Below are positions 41,678 through 56,824 of a DNA stretch of 64,000 bases, piece after piece. Source of the stretch: the human T2T-CHM13v2.0 reference genome, Homo sapiens; NCBI RefSeq assembly GCF_009914755.1, contig NC_060937.1; one strand, 5' to 3'. The translations under genes and the position numbers were made by a program. The first letter of the stretch is position 1. Every line of letters starts with the position of its first letter. The notes under the pieces were generated by a model. The model searched no databases, was not told the DNA's origin, and was given only the letters and a program-made list of their open reading frames with translations.

Positions 41678-42035
41678 TGATATGGGTTTGCTGTGTCCCC
41701 ACCTAAATCTCATCTTGAATTTAACTCCCACGATTCACACATGTTGTGGGAGGAACGCTGTGGGAGGTAATTCAATCATAGGAGTTAGTTTTTCCCATGC
41801 TTTTCTCATGACAGTGAGTATGTCTCACGAGGTCTGATGGTTTTAAAAACAGGAGTTTCCCTGCAATACTCTGTCTTTGCCTGCCACCATCCATGTAAGA
41901 CGTGACTTGCTCCTCCTTGCCTTTGCCATGATTGTGAGGCCTCGCCAGCCAAGTGGAACTGTAATTCCATTAAACCTCTTTTTCTCCCCAGTCTCAGATA
42001 TGTCTTTATCAGCAGCATGAAAATGAACTGATACA
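41678..42035 (+). mobile_element. THE1A/B-like solo LTR
   Basis: TGATATGG.TT.GCTGTGTCCCCACC.AAATCTCATCTTGAATT..TAAGACGTGACTTGCTCCTCCTTGCC..CAGCAGCATGAAAATG.ACT.ATACA. Confidence 0.95.
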
Positions 42036-43624
42036 CTGTTTATCACAAAGTGTTGCCAATTTTATTTCAAAATATAAGGAACTAGTGATGTAAATATAGT
42101 CACTGATTATTACAAATACAAACTCTATGTTCAGAAAACAGAATTTTTGGCACAATCAGTTCTATATTTAATCCATCTGCATATGTATATACATAATTCC
42201 TACTATTGAAATATTCAGATCGTTGACAATATTGCCAATAAAATGTGAAAGAATAAACTCACTATCTTAAATGGCATAGTGCTTTGAAGCCAGAGCAAAA
42301 GGATTAGCACCCCTCTTTAAAGGCCAATGCCAAAAGAGGTCTTTTCATTTTTTACTGAATTCCCAGAAGTCAAGGCAGGACAGAATTCCAGGGATAGACA
42401 ATTTTATAACCTTGGATGTACAGTGTATTATTTAGGTAAATATAAAAGAAGAAAATAATTACTGAGTTCTTAAAGAACGTATCTTATTGTCAAGGCAAAC
42501 ATTTTTTTCTTAATGAATCTCCTACTCTGTTTGCATTTTTAAAAAGTTAAAAGAAGGTAATATACATTTTTTAATTGGGTAAGGGACTAGAATTACCATA
42601 TAGACAAATCGCATATTTTCAACGTTATATTGATGGCATTTTAAATTCTCATCTAGGTGTTCTACACATACATGCACATGGGCGTGCACACACACATACT
42701 GTTGTGGGGGGAGAATATATATGTAGAAAAATAATTAGGCATGTATGTTGATGAGTAGCCTGTCACATTCAAAAGTCTGCCCATGCTGAACAGTGTCTCT
42801 GTCAACTAACTCTTGAGTTATTTATTACAATGCCCTGAATCACTATTGTGGTTGTCAGTATTTTTGGTGAATCACTTTTACTTTATTTGGATAGATTTTA
42901 CATAAATTTTAATGAAGTGATATATTTTTGAAGTACTGAAAATGGGAAAGGACAAGAATGGGTGAGGAAAGGAGAAGGGAGAAGGGAATGGCAGAGGTAA
43001 AAGGGAAAGAGTGTACTTCTAAACTTAAATATGTGTATCATTTCTGATATTAAATTTAGAAAAACATAAAGTCATAGATCAAAGCACAAATTCATATGCT
43101 TAATTAAGTAAACAATGAAATATATAAAAATAAAACAAATGTATATAGCCTAAGAGTAAACTTAAAATGTTTCTATCTGCCTTTATAGTTGTATTACATA
43201 ATTCTGGAAGTTTGGAACACATAGAGTACATTGTTGGGGATGTGGTTACTCCAAAGACAACAAAAAGAAGAAAACAAATGGTTACTTATTATTAATACCA
43301 CTAGTTTCTAGACCTGTTGCCCAAAGTACAGTGATCACACACTAAATTAAAGTAAGCTCAGAAAATGACTTTTTATTTAACATAGTTTGATGCCTGGAAC
43401 ATTTGAACTAACTCCTATGTGAAGTTCACTATAGTCCACTTTTTCAAAAACTACATTAGCTCTACGTTGTCAGTAAGCATTGATAAATCATAAAAAGTAG
43501 CAAGTATAAAAGAACATGACCTTTAAAATTTTTTTTAAAGTCAATAGTTTTCCCAAAGTGTATATGCTTATTATGTACTGCCTGCCTTCTTTCAAGCAGA
43601 AAGACTCTTTGAAGAGTCAAATAA

Positions 43625-43745
43625 AAATGCATTTATTCAACAAATATTAAGTATTTGATAAATACAAGGTACTGTGCTCAAGTCTATAAAGATAGCAAAG
43701 ATTTATAAAATGTGGTGTCCTACCTCAAGAAATTTACAACTAAGT
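43625..43745 (-). mobile_element. Probable L2 3' fragment
   Basis: CATTTATTCAACAAATATT..GGTACTGTGCT..CCT.CCTCAAG.AA.TTACA. Confidence 0.55.
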
Positions 43746-46191
43746 ATGAAAGAAAAAAAATAAACCAAGTAAATATCATGAAAAGCAATATATCATTGTA
43801 ATATAAATGGCATATAAGCAGTTCTCTAGACTTTCTGAGAAACTGTAAATGATCTCTAAGAAAGTAGAAATGCTTTTTAAAAATTATTTAGACTTGGTCT
43901 TGATAGATGGATTGGATCTTGAGATGGCATTACTTGATTTATTAAGCCAGTGCTTTAATAAGGTTTTTTTGCAATGATGTTGTGATGTTGCATAATCAAC
44001 ATGTGTACAATATTCTGGCAGGTATGTGAAGTATAAACTGGAAGTGTCAAATGTGTGAAATTATTAGCCAGGTGGTTCAATGGCTGGTTTTGTTTTATCC
44101 TATTTTTAATAAATATTAAATTAATAATGTTTTTTATTTATGAGAAGAGAAACAGTAGTGCCTTGCAAAGATATTCACAACTTAGGGTGTATATAGTTGT
44201 TTTCTGATAGGTTGTTATTGTTATTACTCCTCGAATATCCTTGGATAAGATAAGCTTAGGTATTTCTGTTGAATCTTTGGAATGAATCAGAAGACTGTTT
44301 CAACAAAGTTTTTCAGTTTTCCAATAAAAATTTTGCGTTCTTATTGTAATAAAAATGCAAAATGCAAAAATACAAAATGCATTTTGTAATTACAAATAAT
44401 TATTTAATAAATTATTTAATAATTATTTGTCAAAACTAGGACACTTTTACCTGGAAGGAGGAGACAATTTTGAGCACAGCATATTATTGATCTCTTGGAT
44501 ATATATCACAATCTAATGCTTTGTAAACTCATGTCTGAATCCTCTAGGAGTTTGGGAAGTATTAGTAAAACTTGACAAAAGTATCAGTGAATGTCAACCA
44601 CTTTTGTTAACGTGGTGGACCACTCTACCATCACAGCAGCCAACTCTAACCATGGCCTAGCTTTGAAGTCTTAGTGTTGTTTAAATTAGTTTTGCATAGC
44701 TTTCTGTTTATTTCAATAAAAGGCCTTCTATCTGATACAAGCAATAAATATTAATTTCAAGCCACATGGCAATGCAGAATAAGCTATCATTAACACAACT
44801 TGAAACGTGGCAGAGATACATTGAAATGTAATCATTTCAACATTTTTGGTACTAAATTGAAGGAAGGTAGGGATTGCTTTCTGGATGAAGCATCATAATG
44901 TTACTTATTATTTACTTATATATTTATTGCATGACATTATGCAATTTAAAATAACGCAAATATTAAGTCAAGGAAGAACAAAATGTTTATTAAAATGCAT
45001 AGAAAGCTTCATGGCTCAGCAGTAAATGGTGTTTACAGTCCTTAATAAAATAATCGCAGAATGGTGATTTAACCAAAAATAGGAATATGCTATTAGAAAG
45101 AAGAAAGTATGACAGTGAAATATACATGATTATCACTGGATATTTGTGCCTAAAATTGATTGAGGAAAAGCAGTAAAATATGTTATTTTTTAAATGTGAA
45201 GATAAAATAGTAAATAAATAATAATATTGGAGAGTTTTATTATGAAGTTAGATGAGAAAGACATCTAAAGTTTTTCCTTATGAGAGGTTGTTTCGTTTGA
45301 TTTTTAAAATGATGCTCAGATTTTTTAAAAAAATTGAGATTCCAGGCACAAATGGAGTAGTTTAAAACTCTAATAAAAATAAGACATTTGTGTATATCTC
45401 TAAATATTCTTCAATTCCAGTAAACTCTTACATTCCATTTGGCGATACCTTGAAGAAAACTTCTAGATGGCTGTTTTAAAATTTATTAACATATTTATTA
45501 AACATTTATGATATCCAGACTTTATAGTAGATGTAGAGCTATAGACATAATGGAATATGTTTCCTGCAATTGACAGCTTGCATTTTTATGGATGAAAGAC
45601 ATAGAAATAGTTAGAATTATGTTTTAAGTGTTGTAGTAGATGTAATGATAATGCAAAAGAAGGAGTGCAGGAAAAATACATGTTCCAGGAAGCGGGAGAT
45701 AAATCTTAACTCATTAGAAAAATAGTCTGGATTTTTTAGAGAACTGTAAATAGGCAGTGTGGCAGGAGGAAAGCATACTTTTGAAGGAAAATAGAAATCT
45801 GAAGGGATCATTGGAGGCAACAGTATGAGGAAAAGAGAAAGTCTTTTAACTAGAAGAGTCAAATAATTACCACTTTCTGCGTGAGCCATAACTGTCCATA
45901 CTCTACAGCTATTTTAATTCCTATTGATGTATGTTGACTCCTCACTGCTCTATTAACAATATTCATACACCAATTTACGTAATTTTTTGTCTCTATTTTG
46001 GTAATTTCAACTATCTTTATTGATGCTCCTTTAGCTACTCCTTTTCACCTTTTTGAAACTGCGTAGAACTGTTGTTTTTCATGAACATTGCATTTAATTT
46101 CCCTTCAAAGCACATGCTAAACCATCATTGCTTGAATTGCTTCTAATTTGAATCTTTAGTTGGAAGCATTTTATAAATCCCTCATTGAGGT

Positions 46192-46255
46192 TTCTCTCTC
46201 TATCACACACACATACACCCACACACGCACACACAGAAACACACACACACATACA
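46192..46255. repeat. Imperfect (CT)n(CA)n microsatellite
   Basis: Seen directly. Confidence 0.85.
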
Positions 46256-47639
46256 ATTTAAGCTTTATTATTATTACAAAGGATGTTAATTTAAAAAATA
46301 TGATGAGTCTATTTGAATAAGAAAAGAAAGTGTAATCTCTATGGAGTACATCTAAGCATCCCACAGTACTGAATCTCAATAAGGCTTGTTAACTGTATGA
46401 ATAAGTATAATATATTATTCAAACTGATAGTTTATTCACAGGCTGACTAAAAGATGGTAGTATAACTACCGTAAGGTATATAAACAAATTTCTTTTCAAA
46501 ATTTGGAATGCATTCATATTGTTTCAGAAATTAGCCATCTGCCCTATTACTGGGGGCTACATTAAATTTCCTTGAGTGTTTTTTTTTTTTTTTTGTCATA
46601 CTAGCTGGTATTCCTAATTCAGTACATCAGGATATATCTGTACAACTAGATAGACAACCCAAATAATTTGAAATTTAAAAAATATGAGACTAAACTCTTT
46701 TCCAGTTTTTGAGTCTCATCTTTGAATACATCAATCAACTCCAAATGACATCAGCCATATTAAGATAATCAAAATACCAGCAAGCTTTTTCTCTATAATA
46801 TTTTGGCTAGATTGGATTGAGACTAACAAAGATAATAAAAGAAATGCAAAAGAATGAAAACTAGAGACAACTATTAAATAACATGTCAATTTAAAAATGC
46901 TTATTCACAGCCTTTGCATGTAACATTTTAGAATTTGCTGTGTTTACATAAAAAACTATCACTCACATTGACATTTTATTGGTAAGGCAGAAAATATATT
47001 GCTATGGCTATGTGAAAAAATGCTGAACACAATTTTGGTAAGATGTTTAAATACATAACTATATACACTCAAGCTCAATATATCTGAATATTTTTTCAAT
47101 TGCCACAAAGAGTAACATATAAAACCATTCTCATGACATGACGTCAGAAATATTTCCTACTTTCTTAGCATATTATTATATGCAGTCATTTAAAAATAAT
47201 TATTAATATGCATATATGGAGAAAGATTGTTTTCCAAGAGCACATCCAGTATTTATTTTATAGAACACTGATGCATACAAATAAACAAACAAATAAGAAA
47301 TAGGGATGGTGCTGCCAACCATACTCCCATAAGTTTTGAAATATTTCTGCTAGTGGTCAGAGGCTAGCTACAATTTTGTTTGTTGTGAAGTTAGTGGAAA
47401 AGATGTTTGACAGGAATAACTGAAAAAAAGTAAAAGGAGGTGCCCTGGCAAACCACAATCCCATTTGTTAGAATCCTCTCAAGTTCACACGTACTTCAGA
47501 AAGATCAGTAAAGTATACAGTGCCTCTCATGGCAAAAATAGGATCAAATTTTCTAAAAAAGCAGAGCCAGAGCCCTGCAAATTGCAATTATGTTTATTCA
47601 ATTTTGAATTCTACCTTATTATTTATGATAATCAAATAA

Positions 47640-48400
<761 letters not shown>

Positions 48401-49177
48401 GGTTTTTTTCAATGTTCTATCAATCTTGTTTTAAGAATAAATATATATTTTTAAATATGCATAATTAAACCCAAAATCTCATTAGTGGAAATCTGTTGGA
48501 AAGAGACAACCATCTTCAATTCTCATCCAGGGGATGAAAGGAGACTGTCTTGATTCTAAATCTTAAGGTAGTGATTGGCATCCATATTTATCCCAATAGA
48601 CAAGGCACTATTAATGGTTATAAGACATAGGTCATAGACAGAGAGTGAAAGCTCCACCTGTTGAAAGGGTTGAACTTTTCCTAAAAGGAAGGTAAGGTAG
48701 CACCCAGAGAAAGCTGACAACAGGTGAGGTTGGTGCCCTGGTGGGATCCTGAGTGCATGTCTGAAATGGTAGGTGTATTCACACGGAAACTCGCATATGG
48801 AGCCCTCAGGATTGAAGTGTTTTACATATTGTGGGAAGACTATGCAGGATAAGTTCTCAGAAACTGGAATTTCAGCTTTTCTGGCTTCTAGATTTAAATT
48901 CTCATTTGAGGACACACTATTATTAATGTATTAAAGACAAGATGCGAGAGAAACAGGATTTTCTGTTACATTTTCTTTAAGGAATTCTCTCTTTATGTGA
49001 ATTATAATTTAGATTTTACAGTGATTATTTTTGGCAATTCCAAGACATATAACCTAGCAGGCTGTGGAAAAAATAGTAGGACCAAACCATTTGATTGCTC
49101 TGCATGTTAAAAAAGCCTTACCTCTTTGAGAGAAGAAAGGGTAGTGAAGAGTAGGGCCACCAGGATTTCATAAGTAA

Positions 49178-49522
<345 letters not shown>

Positions 49523-52274
49523 TAAAACAGACAGAAATAAGAATAACAGAATATCTTAGTAATGAGCTCAGTAGTATAATGTGTGATGCTACCTTCATGT
49601 CCAAATAACCTACATTATAGTTGAAATAAGCTTTAATATTTGTTAGAAATAATAATTTAAGTTCCATACACAGGGGCTAAAACAAGATTTGATTGTGGGA
49701 GAGTCTGATCAGTCTATCTAGAGTCTCTGTCACCATTGTGGTAAATCAATATTCAGATGCACATGAGTAAGAAACCAAACCTGTGACTATTGAAAACAGG
49801 AAAGTGCTGGACACAAAGCCTTTTTATCTGGCAAAGACTATGTACTCGGCATTAGAGAACTCTCAAAATGGGAGTGATGTTTACTTTTGGGATCTGAGAA
49901 TATTCTAACACTGTAAGCAGAAGACCCATGAAGATAGAATATTCATTTTCTAAATAGAATATACTTTGAGAATTATGTCTCAAGAGCATCATTTTCAAGC
50001 CAATAGAAACTTATTACTGGCTTGGACTGCCAAGGAGCTTTCTAGTTCCCCAGCTTCTCCTGAATGATGGAACTAAGTTGATAAACTAGAGAATTCAGGC
50101 CTCCAGAATAGAGCTAAAAGTGTTTTCTAGTGTCATCTTGGTAAAGGGCACTAAGCCAAGAATTACACATCCACACATTTTAGGATGATTAGCAACTATT
50201 CTTTTAAGGAATTAATTTAGGGAAGAGTAATTAATTTCAATGTCAACAGTGGCACAAAGAGATTAAGAAAATTGCTCTAACTCCCAAAGCTAGTAAGTGG
50301 AGGAATGTGGTTGAATCTCTGTCTTCTTGCTTCAGATGTCTGTTTTTCCTTCACGTTACAAATAAATGAATGCCGTGAATTATTGTCACTCATGGTATGA
50401 AACAGAATTTTCTCAAGGGAGAGAAAAGCTAACTCATAATTTCTCCAGTTGCTTAAAGGGAACCTAGATGATTTTCATCAAATACATTGTTTTCAGATTT
50501 GGAGATTACCTTTCCAGAACAGCTTAGGAATTATCCTTGACACTTTCTCCAGAGTCACTGTATGCCAAATATCATGGCAACTTTTAAAGATGGATTAACT
50601 ATACATTTTCTAGTTTTTTTTTGGAGATAGTGATTCAGTTTTGTGAGTTAATTCCATAAAAAGCAAGGGACTTTTAGTTCTAAAATTTTAAAGCAAATGC
50701 TAGCTGGATTATGTTATTCTCATTTTGGAAAGACTATATTGATTGGCTATAGAAAGAATCTAAACATATATAAACAGAAATTAAACACATATCATAATAC
50801 ATGTAAATATTGAAAATTTGAATAATAGGAAAAATACATTTTTATGGTTTTTGTTGGAATAGCTTAGATATGATTTACTTTGTGGGCTCATTCTCTTCTG
50901 AGGGAAGGAATCAGAGGTGCACAGATCTTGATGTGCATGCTTTCACTTTACATGGCCCACAGGTTGAATTCTTAAACTAATATTTACAATATGGAAAGGT
51001 TTATGAGTTCATAATCCCCCTTTTTTGGCTAAGAAGAAGAAATTATTTTAATTTAAAACTACACTTACTAGAGTATTTACCAATTGGGAGTGAAAGATCA
51101 GATTCAAGAAACAAATAATTCCTCAAGAAAGGAAAGAAAGTTGTGGGTCATTTTGTAACTTTTTTCCTGTGGCTTCACATAAATCCCATCTCAGGGAAGC
51201 AATGACACACATAAGGTTGATTTGTACTTTAAAAGTGTGTCCTCATAGCATTACATAATGTATAATGCTTAAAGTGTAGTGTCAAAGGCTTTCTTCAGCC
51301 TTCTTATCTGTCTTTTTTTTTCCATTTTAAAGTATACATATGCAACATTAACTCACAAGTGTGCTTTTATTTTCATTTGCTTCTAACTATATGGAGACAA
51401 CTTATTCTTCAATTAGAATTGTGTGTTTATCTTCTTTGTAAGTTCTCCTTACTCTTATCTAAAATGTTACATTACTTAAACTACATTGCCCCTGCTTGAT
51501 TAAATTTTCAGTTAGGAGTTAAGTGCCATGATGTAAGAGACAATTATAAGCAGAGCCATGCTGCAAAGTACATAATTAATTAGGCCATTGAATGTATACT
51601 TTATCTCCTAAAAGAAACCTATGCCAAGCACTAATACAGAAATCATGAAAACAGACTATTTGCTGAAATAGAATAGTTACAGAGGAGAACAAATAGGAGA
51701 GGAATGTTATTCATGTTTGAAAGTAATTTACTCCTATTGTGAGCCTCAAAAACAATTTGTATCTGATTCATACCTCCCAAAATTTGATTTTAAAAATTAC
51801 TTAAAAGAACTAGACATTCAGTGCTATAAATTTGAAATCGACAAGTGACAATGCTGACTAATTCTTAATGGTAAAATAAGTGATCAGATAGACAACTAAG
51901 TAAAATAAAACCCTTGGATTACTCACTGTAACTGATGAGTACTTGAGGATAATGAGTGTTTATTACACAAGGGCAATATTATGGAATTTCTAGTTCAAAA
52001 GGGAAAGTATTAAGTTATCATAACATAGCATCCATCATAAGGAGAATTTTCCATGGTATTCCTAAAACAGCAAAGAGGTAGGCCTTACTATTGCCAATTA
52101 GGGGAAATAAGACTTGGGGAGCTTAATAAAGCGGAGAGAATCTTAAATTATAAATAAGATTTAAAAGGTGAGGAATGAGGAGGGCAGGCAAGGCAACAAC
52201 AGCATCATCATGAATAATGGCACAGCAACACTAAGAGGCAGATATTTTTAGCAACACTGAGAAATCTGTTGCTT

Positions 52275-53080
52275 TTTTCATCAATTATAAATAAAGCTGT
52301 TATAAACATCTGTATATAGCAGTTTTTTGTGTGGACATGAGTTTTCCACTCATTTTGGTAAATACCAAGAAGTAAAATTGTTACAGTGCATGGTAAGAGT
52401 ATATTTAGTCTTGTAAGAAACCACCAAACTGTCTTCCAAAACTGTTTTATCATTTTACATTCCCATCAGCAATAAATGATAACTTCTCTAACTCCACATT
52501 CTCCCCAGCATTTGGTGGTATCTGTGTTCTGGATATTGGCCATTCTAAGGAATATGAAGTAATATCTCATGGTTGTTTTAATTTACATTACTCTGATGAC
52601 ATATGATGGTATATGTTTTCATGTGCTCATTTGCCATCTGAATATCTTTTTTGGTGAAGTGTCCTTTAAGGTCTTTGGTCTAGTTTTCAGTCAGGTTTTT
52701 TATTGTCTTATTGTTGAGTTTTAAGTGTTCTCTGTATACTTTTAATAACAATCTTTTATTTGCAATGTTATTTTCAAATATTTTTTCCTGATCTGTGGCT
52801 TGTCTTTTAATGTTCTTGACAGTGTCTTTCACAGAGCACATTTTTAAAAATTAAGTCCAGATATCAATTATTTCTTTAATGAATCATACCTTTGGTATTC
52901 CATGTAAAAAGTCATCAACCAAACTCAGGGACATCTAGATTATCTCCTATGTTATCACCAAGGATTTTTATAGTTTTGGATTTTACATTTAGGTCTGTGA
53001 TCTATTTTGAGTGAATTTCTTGGTGAAAGTATGTAAGATCTATGTCTAAGATTTATTTTGTAGTTGTTTGCATGTCGAAA
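52275..53080 (-). mobile_element. Inverted 5' part of an L1MC-like insertion (ORF2 3' region)
   Basis: ORF 52208-52453 (WKTVWWFLTRLNILLP..LLGIYQNEWKT.VHTK..MFITALFII) is the L1 ORF2 C-terminus. Confidence 0.88.
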
Positions 53081-53083
53081 TTC

Positions 53084-53677
53084 TCTTGGAAGCAACTAAG
53101 ATGTCCTTCAGTAGGTGAATGGATAAACAAACTGTGGTACACTTAAGACAAAGCAATCTATTCTTCATTGGAAAGAAATGTGCTGTCAACCATGAGAAAA
53201 CATGGAGGATATTTAAATGCATATTGCTAAGTAAAATAATCCAACCTAAAAAAGCCCTATGTATTATGTAATTTGAACTATGTGACATTCTTCAAAAGGC
53301 CAAATATAGACACAGTAAAAAGCGCAGTTGTTGCCTGGGGTTAGAAAGGAGACAGGGATGGATACCGGGAGCACAAAAGACTTTTAGGACAGTATAACTT
53401 TGTGTGAAACTACAGTGGTGGATAAATGTCATTATACATTTCTCTTAACTCATAAAATGTATAGTGGCAAGAGTGAACTCTAACATGAACTGTGGGCTTG
53501 GGGTAATAATGATGTGACAGTTCAGGTTCATCAGTTGTAACAGATGTACCACTTTAGTGGAGAATGTTTATAATGGAGGAAGCTACACATGTGGCACAGA
53601 GGATACATGGGAAATCACTGCTAATTCTCTCAGTTTTGCTGTGAACTTAAACCTCTCTTGAAAATAAAGTCTATTTA
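53084..53677 (+). mobile_element. Forward 3' part of the same L1MC-like insertion
   Basis: CTTGGAAGCAAC.AAGATGTCCTTCAGTAGGTGAATGGATAAAC..TTTGCTGTGAAC.TAAA.CT.TCT..AAAATAAAGTCT. Confidence 0.88.
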
Positions 53678-54043
<366 letters not shown>

Positions 54044-55855
54044 TTATAGACAATGTTTAGAATTTTGAAGTTAAGCTAGTAAACTTTTCTAGATGGAAAA
54101 AAAAAAAAACCCCAAAACCCACAAAACAAACAAAGAAAACCCACTTTGTTAAATGCAGAATGGAACCCTGGAATCTAAAGTTGGAGGTCATTTATTTCCT
54201 AGTAATAGTAGAAATAGATGTAACTCATTTTCAGAGATTTATTTTCTGAGATTTTTATTTACAGCCCACAATTTCAGAGACCTGTGTTAAAAGCACTTTC
54301 TTCAGAAACAGCTCAACTGAGGGCCATTTTGAGACCGGATACATTCTCTTTCTCTTTTTGTGTTAACAGCAGCAGGATTTTTTAACCCAATTTTATATAT
54401 TTTTAAGTCTGCTAGAAACAGATGTTTTTAAATAAATTGTAAGGAAAAGCTTTTGCTGGTGGGGAGGGGGAATTTGCTTACTCACAGATATTTTGTCATT
54501 CCCAACTTTTCAAAGTGTGTTTGTGAGTAACTGTTATACATATGGTCTAGTTCCAGGAAATATCTGACACATACATTTTTGTTCTTAATTATAACTGAAA
54601 TTAGGTTGTTTGTGACTGTTCTGGGTCATTAATTAACTCTGTCAATGCTGTGATCTAAGCTATTGGAGGAGTATTCTGTCTATTCTTTAAGTAAAAAAAA
54701 ATAGTCTCTTGTCTTTGGGACAGACAAAGCACTGCTGCACAGCTGCTAAGCACACCAGCTTCAGAAACAAATTGAGTTGTGAGATTAAACACCAGGAGAC
54801 AGTTAGGGTTTTTCAAATTTGCATGGCTAATGTAAACAGCCCCAAGATCTCATCAGTGAAAGTTGGAAGGGACTTGGTGGGTGGGCTTTCTTTCCCCTGC
54901 TGGGAAAAGCAATGGTTAGCCCTTGAGGAAATGAAACAAACCAAAACAAAAAGTTGAATCATAAAAACATAGCATGAACACAAACAGCATATTTAAGACT
55001 TAGTTTATTCTTTGATGCATGAATATCGAGATAGTATAAAATTCACCTGTAAAATCATCTTGTTATTTTAAGTCTCAAACTTTGTGGTTGTAAATATGCC
55101 TTTTTAAATTTTCAAAATGGACAAATAGTATATGCTTAACTAACTTAATGGTTTTATTTATATTTAATTTATCTTCTTTATGAAAGCTTGTTATCCTTTT
55201 CAAGAAATATACTTTTATTACAGAAAGATCAACAATCTACTTATTCGTTGACATTAAAACAGTCACTGATTTCTTGTTATCTTCTTTTATAATATAGCTT
55301 ACATCTACTACTTCTTTCTTATTTTTGCATTTACCACCTACAGTTTAATATGTATGATGTTACATTTGTGATTCTGCAATAGCTGTAAAAATGACCTTCC
55401 TGCCCTGGATCCCTCTGATCATTTCTGTATGCTTTAACAATATAAATCTTTCTAATCAATGAAGGTTGAGGCCTTGAAGAATTCTTTATGGTCATGCCCC
55501 TGTGCCCAAGGTAGTTTCTGACATAGAAGATATATTTGTCCCTTTATTATTTTCAGATGGATGATTAGATGTTACTACCCAAATTAAAATAATATTGAGC
55601 AAAATCTAAAATGCTGTTCATTGTTTTGGCATTCTCATTTCAATCTAATAGAAAGACTCCCCGAGGCAATTTAAGCCAAGAGCAAAGAGAATAAGAGCAA
55701 AGAGCAGTCCAAGTATATTAAGTATATTCATATGTGTAATTATTAATCTTACCCAATATTCCAGCTACTGCACAATACTCTGATAAATAAAATATAATTC
55801 TCACATCATAATGTTGAGTGATTAATAATGTTGAGAAGTGTTGTAAATATACAGG

Positions 55856-56229
55856 CGTTTTAGATCATTCTCACACTGCTAATAAAGACATACTTGAGAC
55901 AGGGTAATTTATAGGGGAGAGGTTTATTTGACTCACAGTTCAGCATGGCTGAAGAAGCCTCGGGAAACTTACAATCATGGCAGAAGGGGAAGCAAACATA
56001 TCCTTCTACACATGATGGCAGCAAGGAGAATGAGTGAAGGGAGGAAAAGCCCCTTAAAGCATCAGATCTTGTGAGAACTAACTCATTCACTATTTTGAGA
56101 ACCGCGTGGGGAAATGGCCCTTATGATCTAATCACCTCCCACAAAGTTCTGCTGCCAGCACATGGGGCTTACAATTCGGATTACAATTCAAGATGAGATT
56201 TTGGGTGGGGACACAGCCAAACCATATCA
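55856..56229 (-). mobile_element. THE1D-like solo LTR
   Basis: Ends GGGTGGGGACACAGCCAAACCATATCA; perfect 5 bp TSD ACAGG (55851-55855, 56230-56234). Confidence 0.95.
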
Positions 56230-56241
56230 ACAGGCTAGAGA

Positions 56242-56431
56242 AAAGGTTCTCAAAATGTGGTTCCTTTAGCAGCAGCAGTAGCATCAACTAGGGCCTTATT
56301 AGAAATCCACATTCTGGGCCCTCTCCCCAGAATTACTGATTTGGAAACTCTTAAAGAGAAGGATACCAACAATTTGTTTATTGTAAGCCTCATAGGTGAT
56401 TCTGATGCTCACTCAATTTAGTAAATCCATG
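56242..56431. mobile_element. MER5A-like MITE
   Basis: GGTTCTCAAA.TGTGGT.CC..CAGCAGCA..TTAGAAAT.CA.ATTCT.GG.CC..AGGTGATTCTGATGC.CACT. Confidence 0.8.
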
Positions 56432-56440
56432 GATGGATAG

Positions 56441-56824
56441 TGTATTAGTTTGTTTTCACACTGCTATTAAGAACTTCCCTGAGACTGGGTAATTTATAAA
56501 GAAAAGAGATTTAATTGACTCACAGTTCTGCATGGCTGGGGAAGCCTCAGGAAACTTACACTCATGGCAGAAGTGGAAAAAGGAACCTTCACAAAGCGGT
56601 AGGAGAGAAAGCAAAGTGCGAAAGAGGAACTTCCAAACACTTAAAAAACCGTTGGATCTCATGAGAAATCACTCAGTATCACAAGAACAGCATGGGGGAA
56701 ACCGTCACCATGATCCAGTTAACTCCCTCCCTCAGCATGTGGGGATTCCAGGTCCCTCCCTGGAGATGTGAGGATTACAACTAGAGATGAGATTTGGGAG
56801 GGGATACAGAGCCAAACTCTATCA
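56441..56824 (-). mobile_element. MSTA/THE1D-like solo LTR
   Basis: TGTATTAGT..CACTGCTAT.AAGAACT.CCTGAGACTGGG..CAGAGCCAAAC..TATCA; perfect 5 bp TSD GATAG. Confidence 0.95.

Noticed and set aside
41935-41955. PRDM9 hotspot motif CCTCCCTAGCCAC in the THE1 LTR
   Set aside because: The homologous position reads CCTCGCCAGCCAA, which does not fit CCNCCNTNNCCNC
48556-48915. 119 aa minus-strand ORF in slightly GC-richer sequence
   Set aside because: Non-ATG start, no recognisable domain or convincing splice context; likely chance or an unrecognised old repeat
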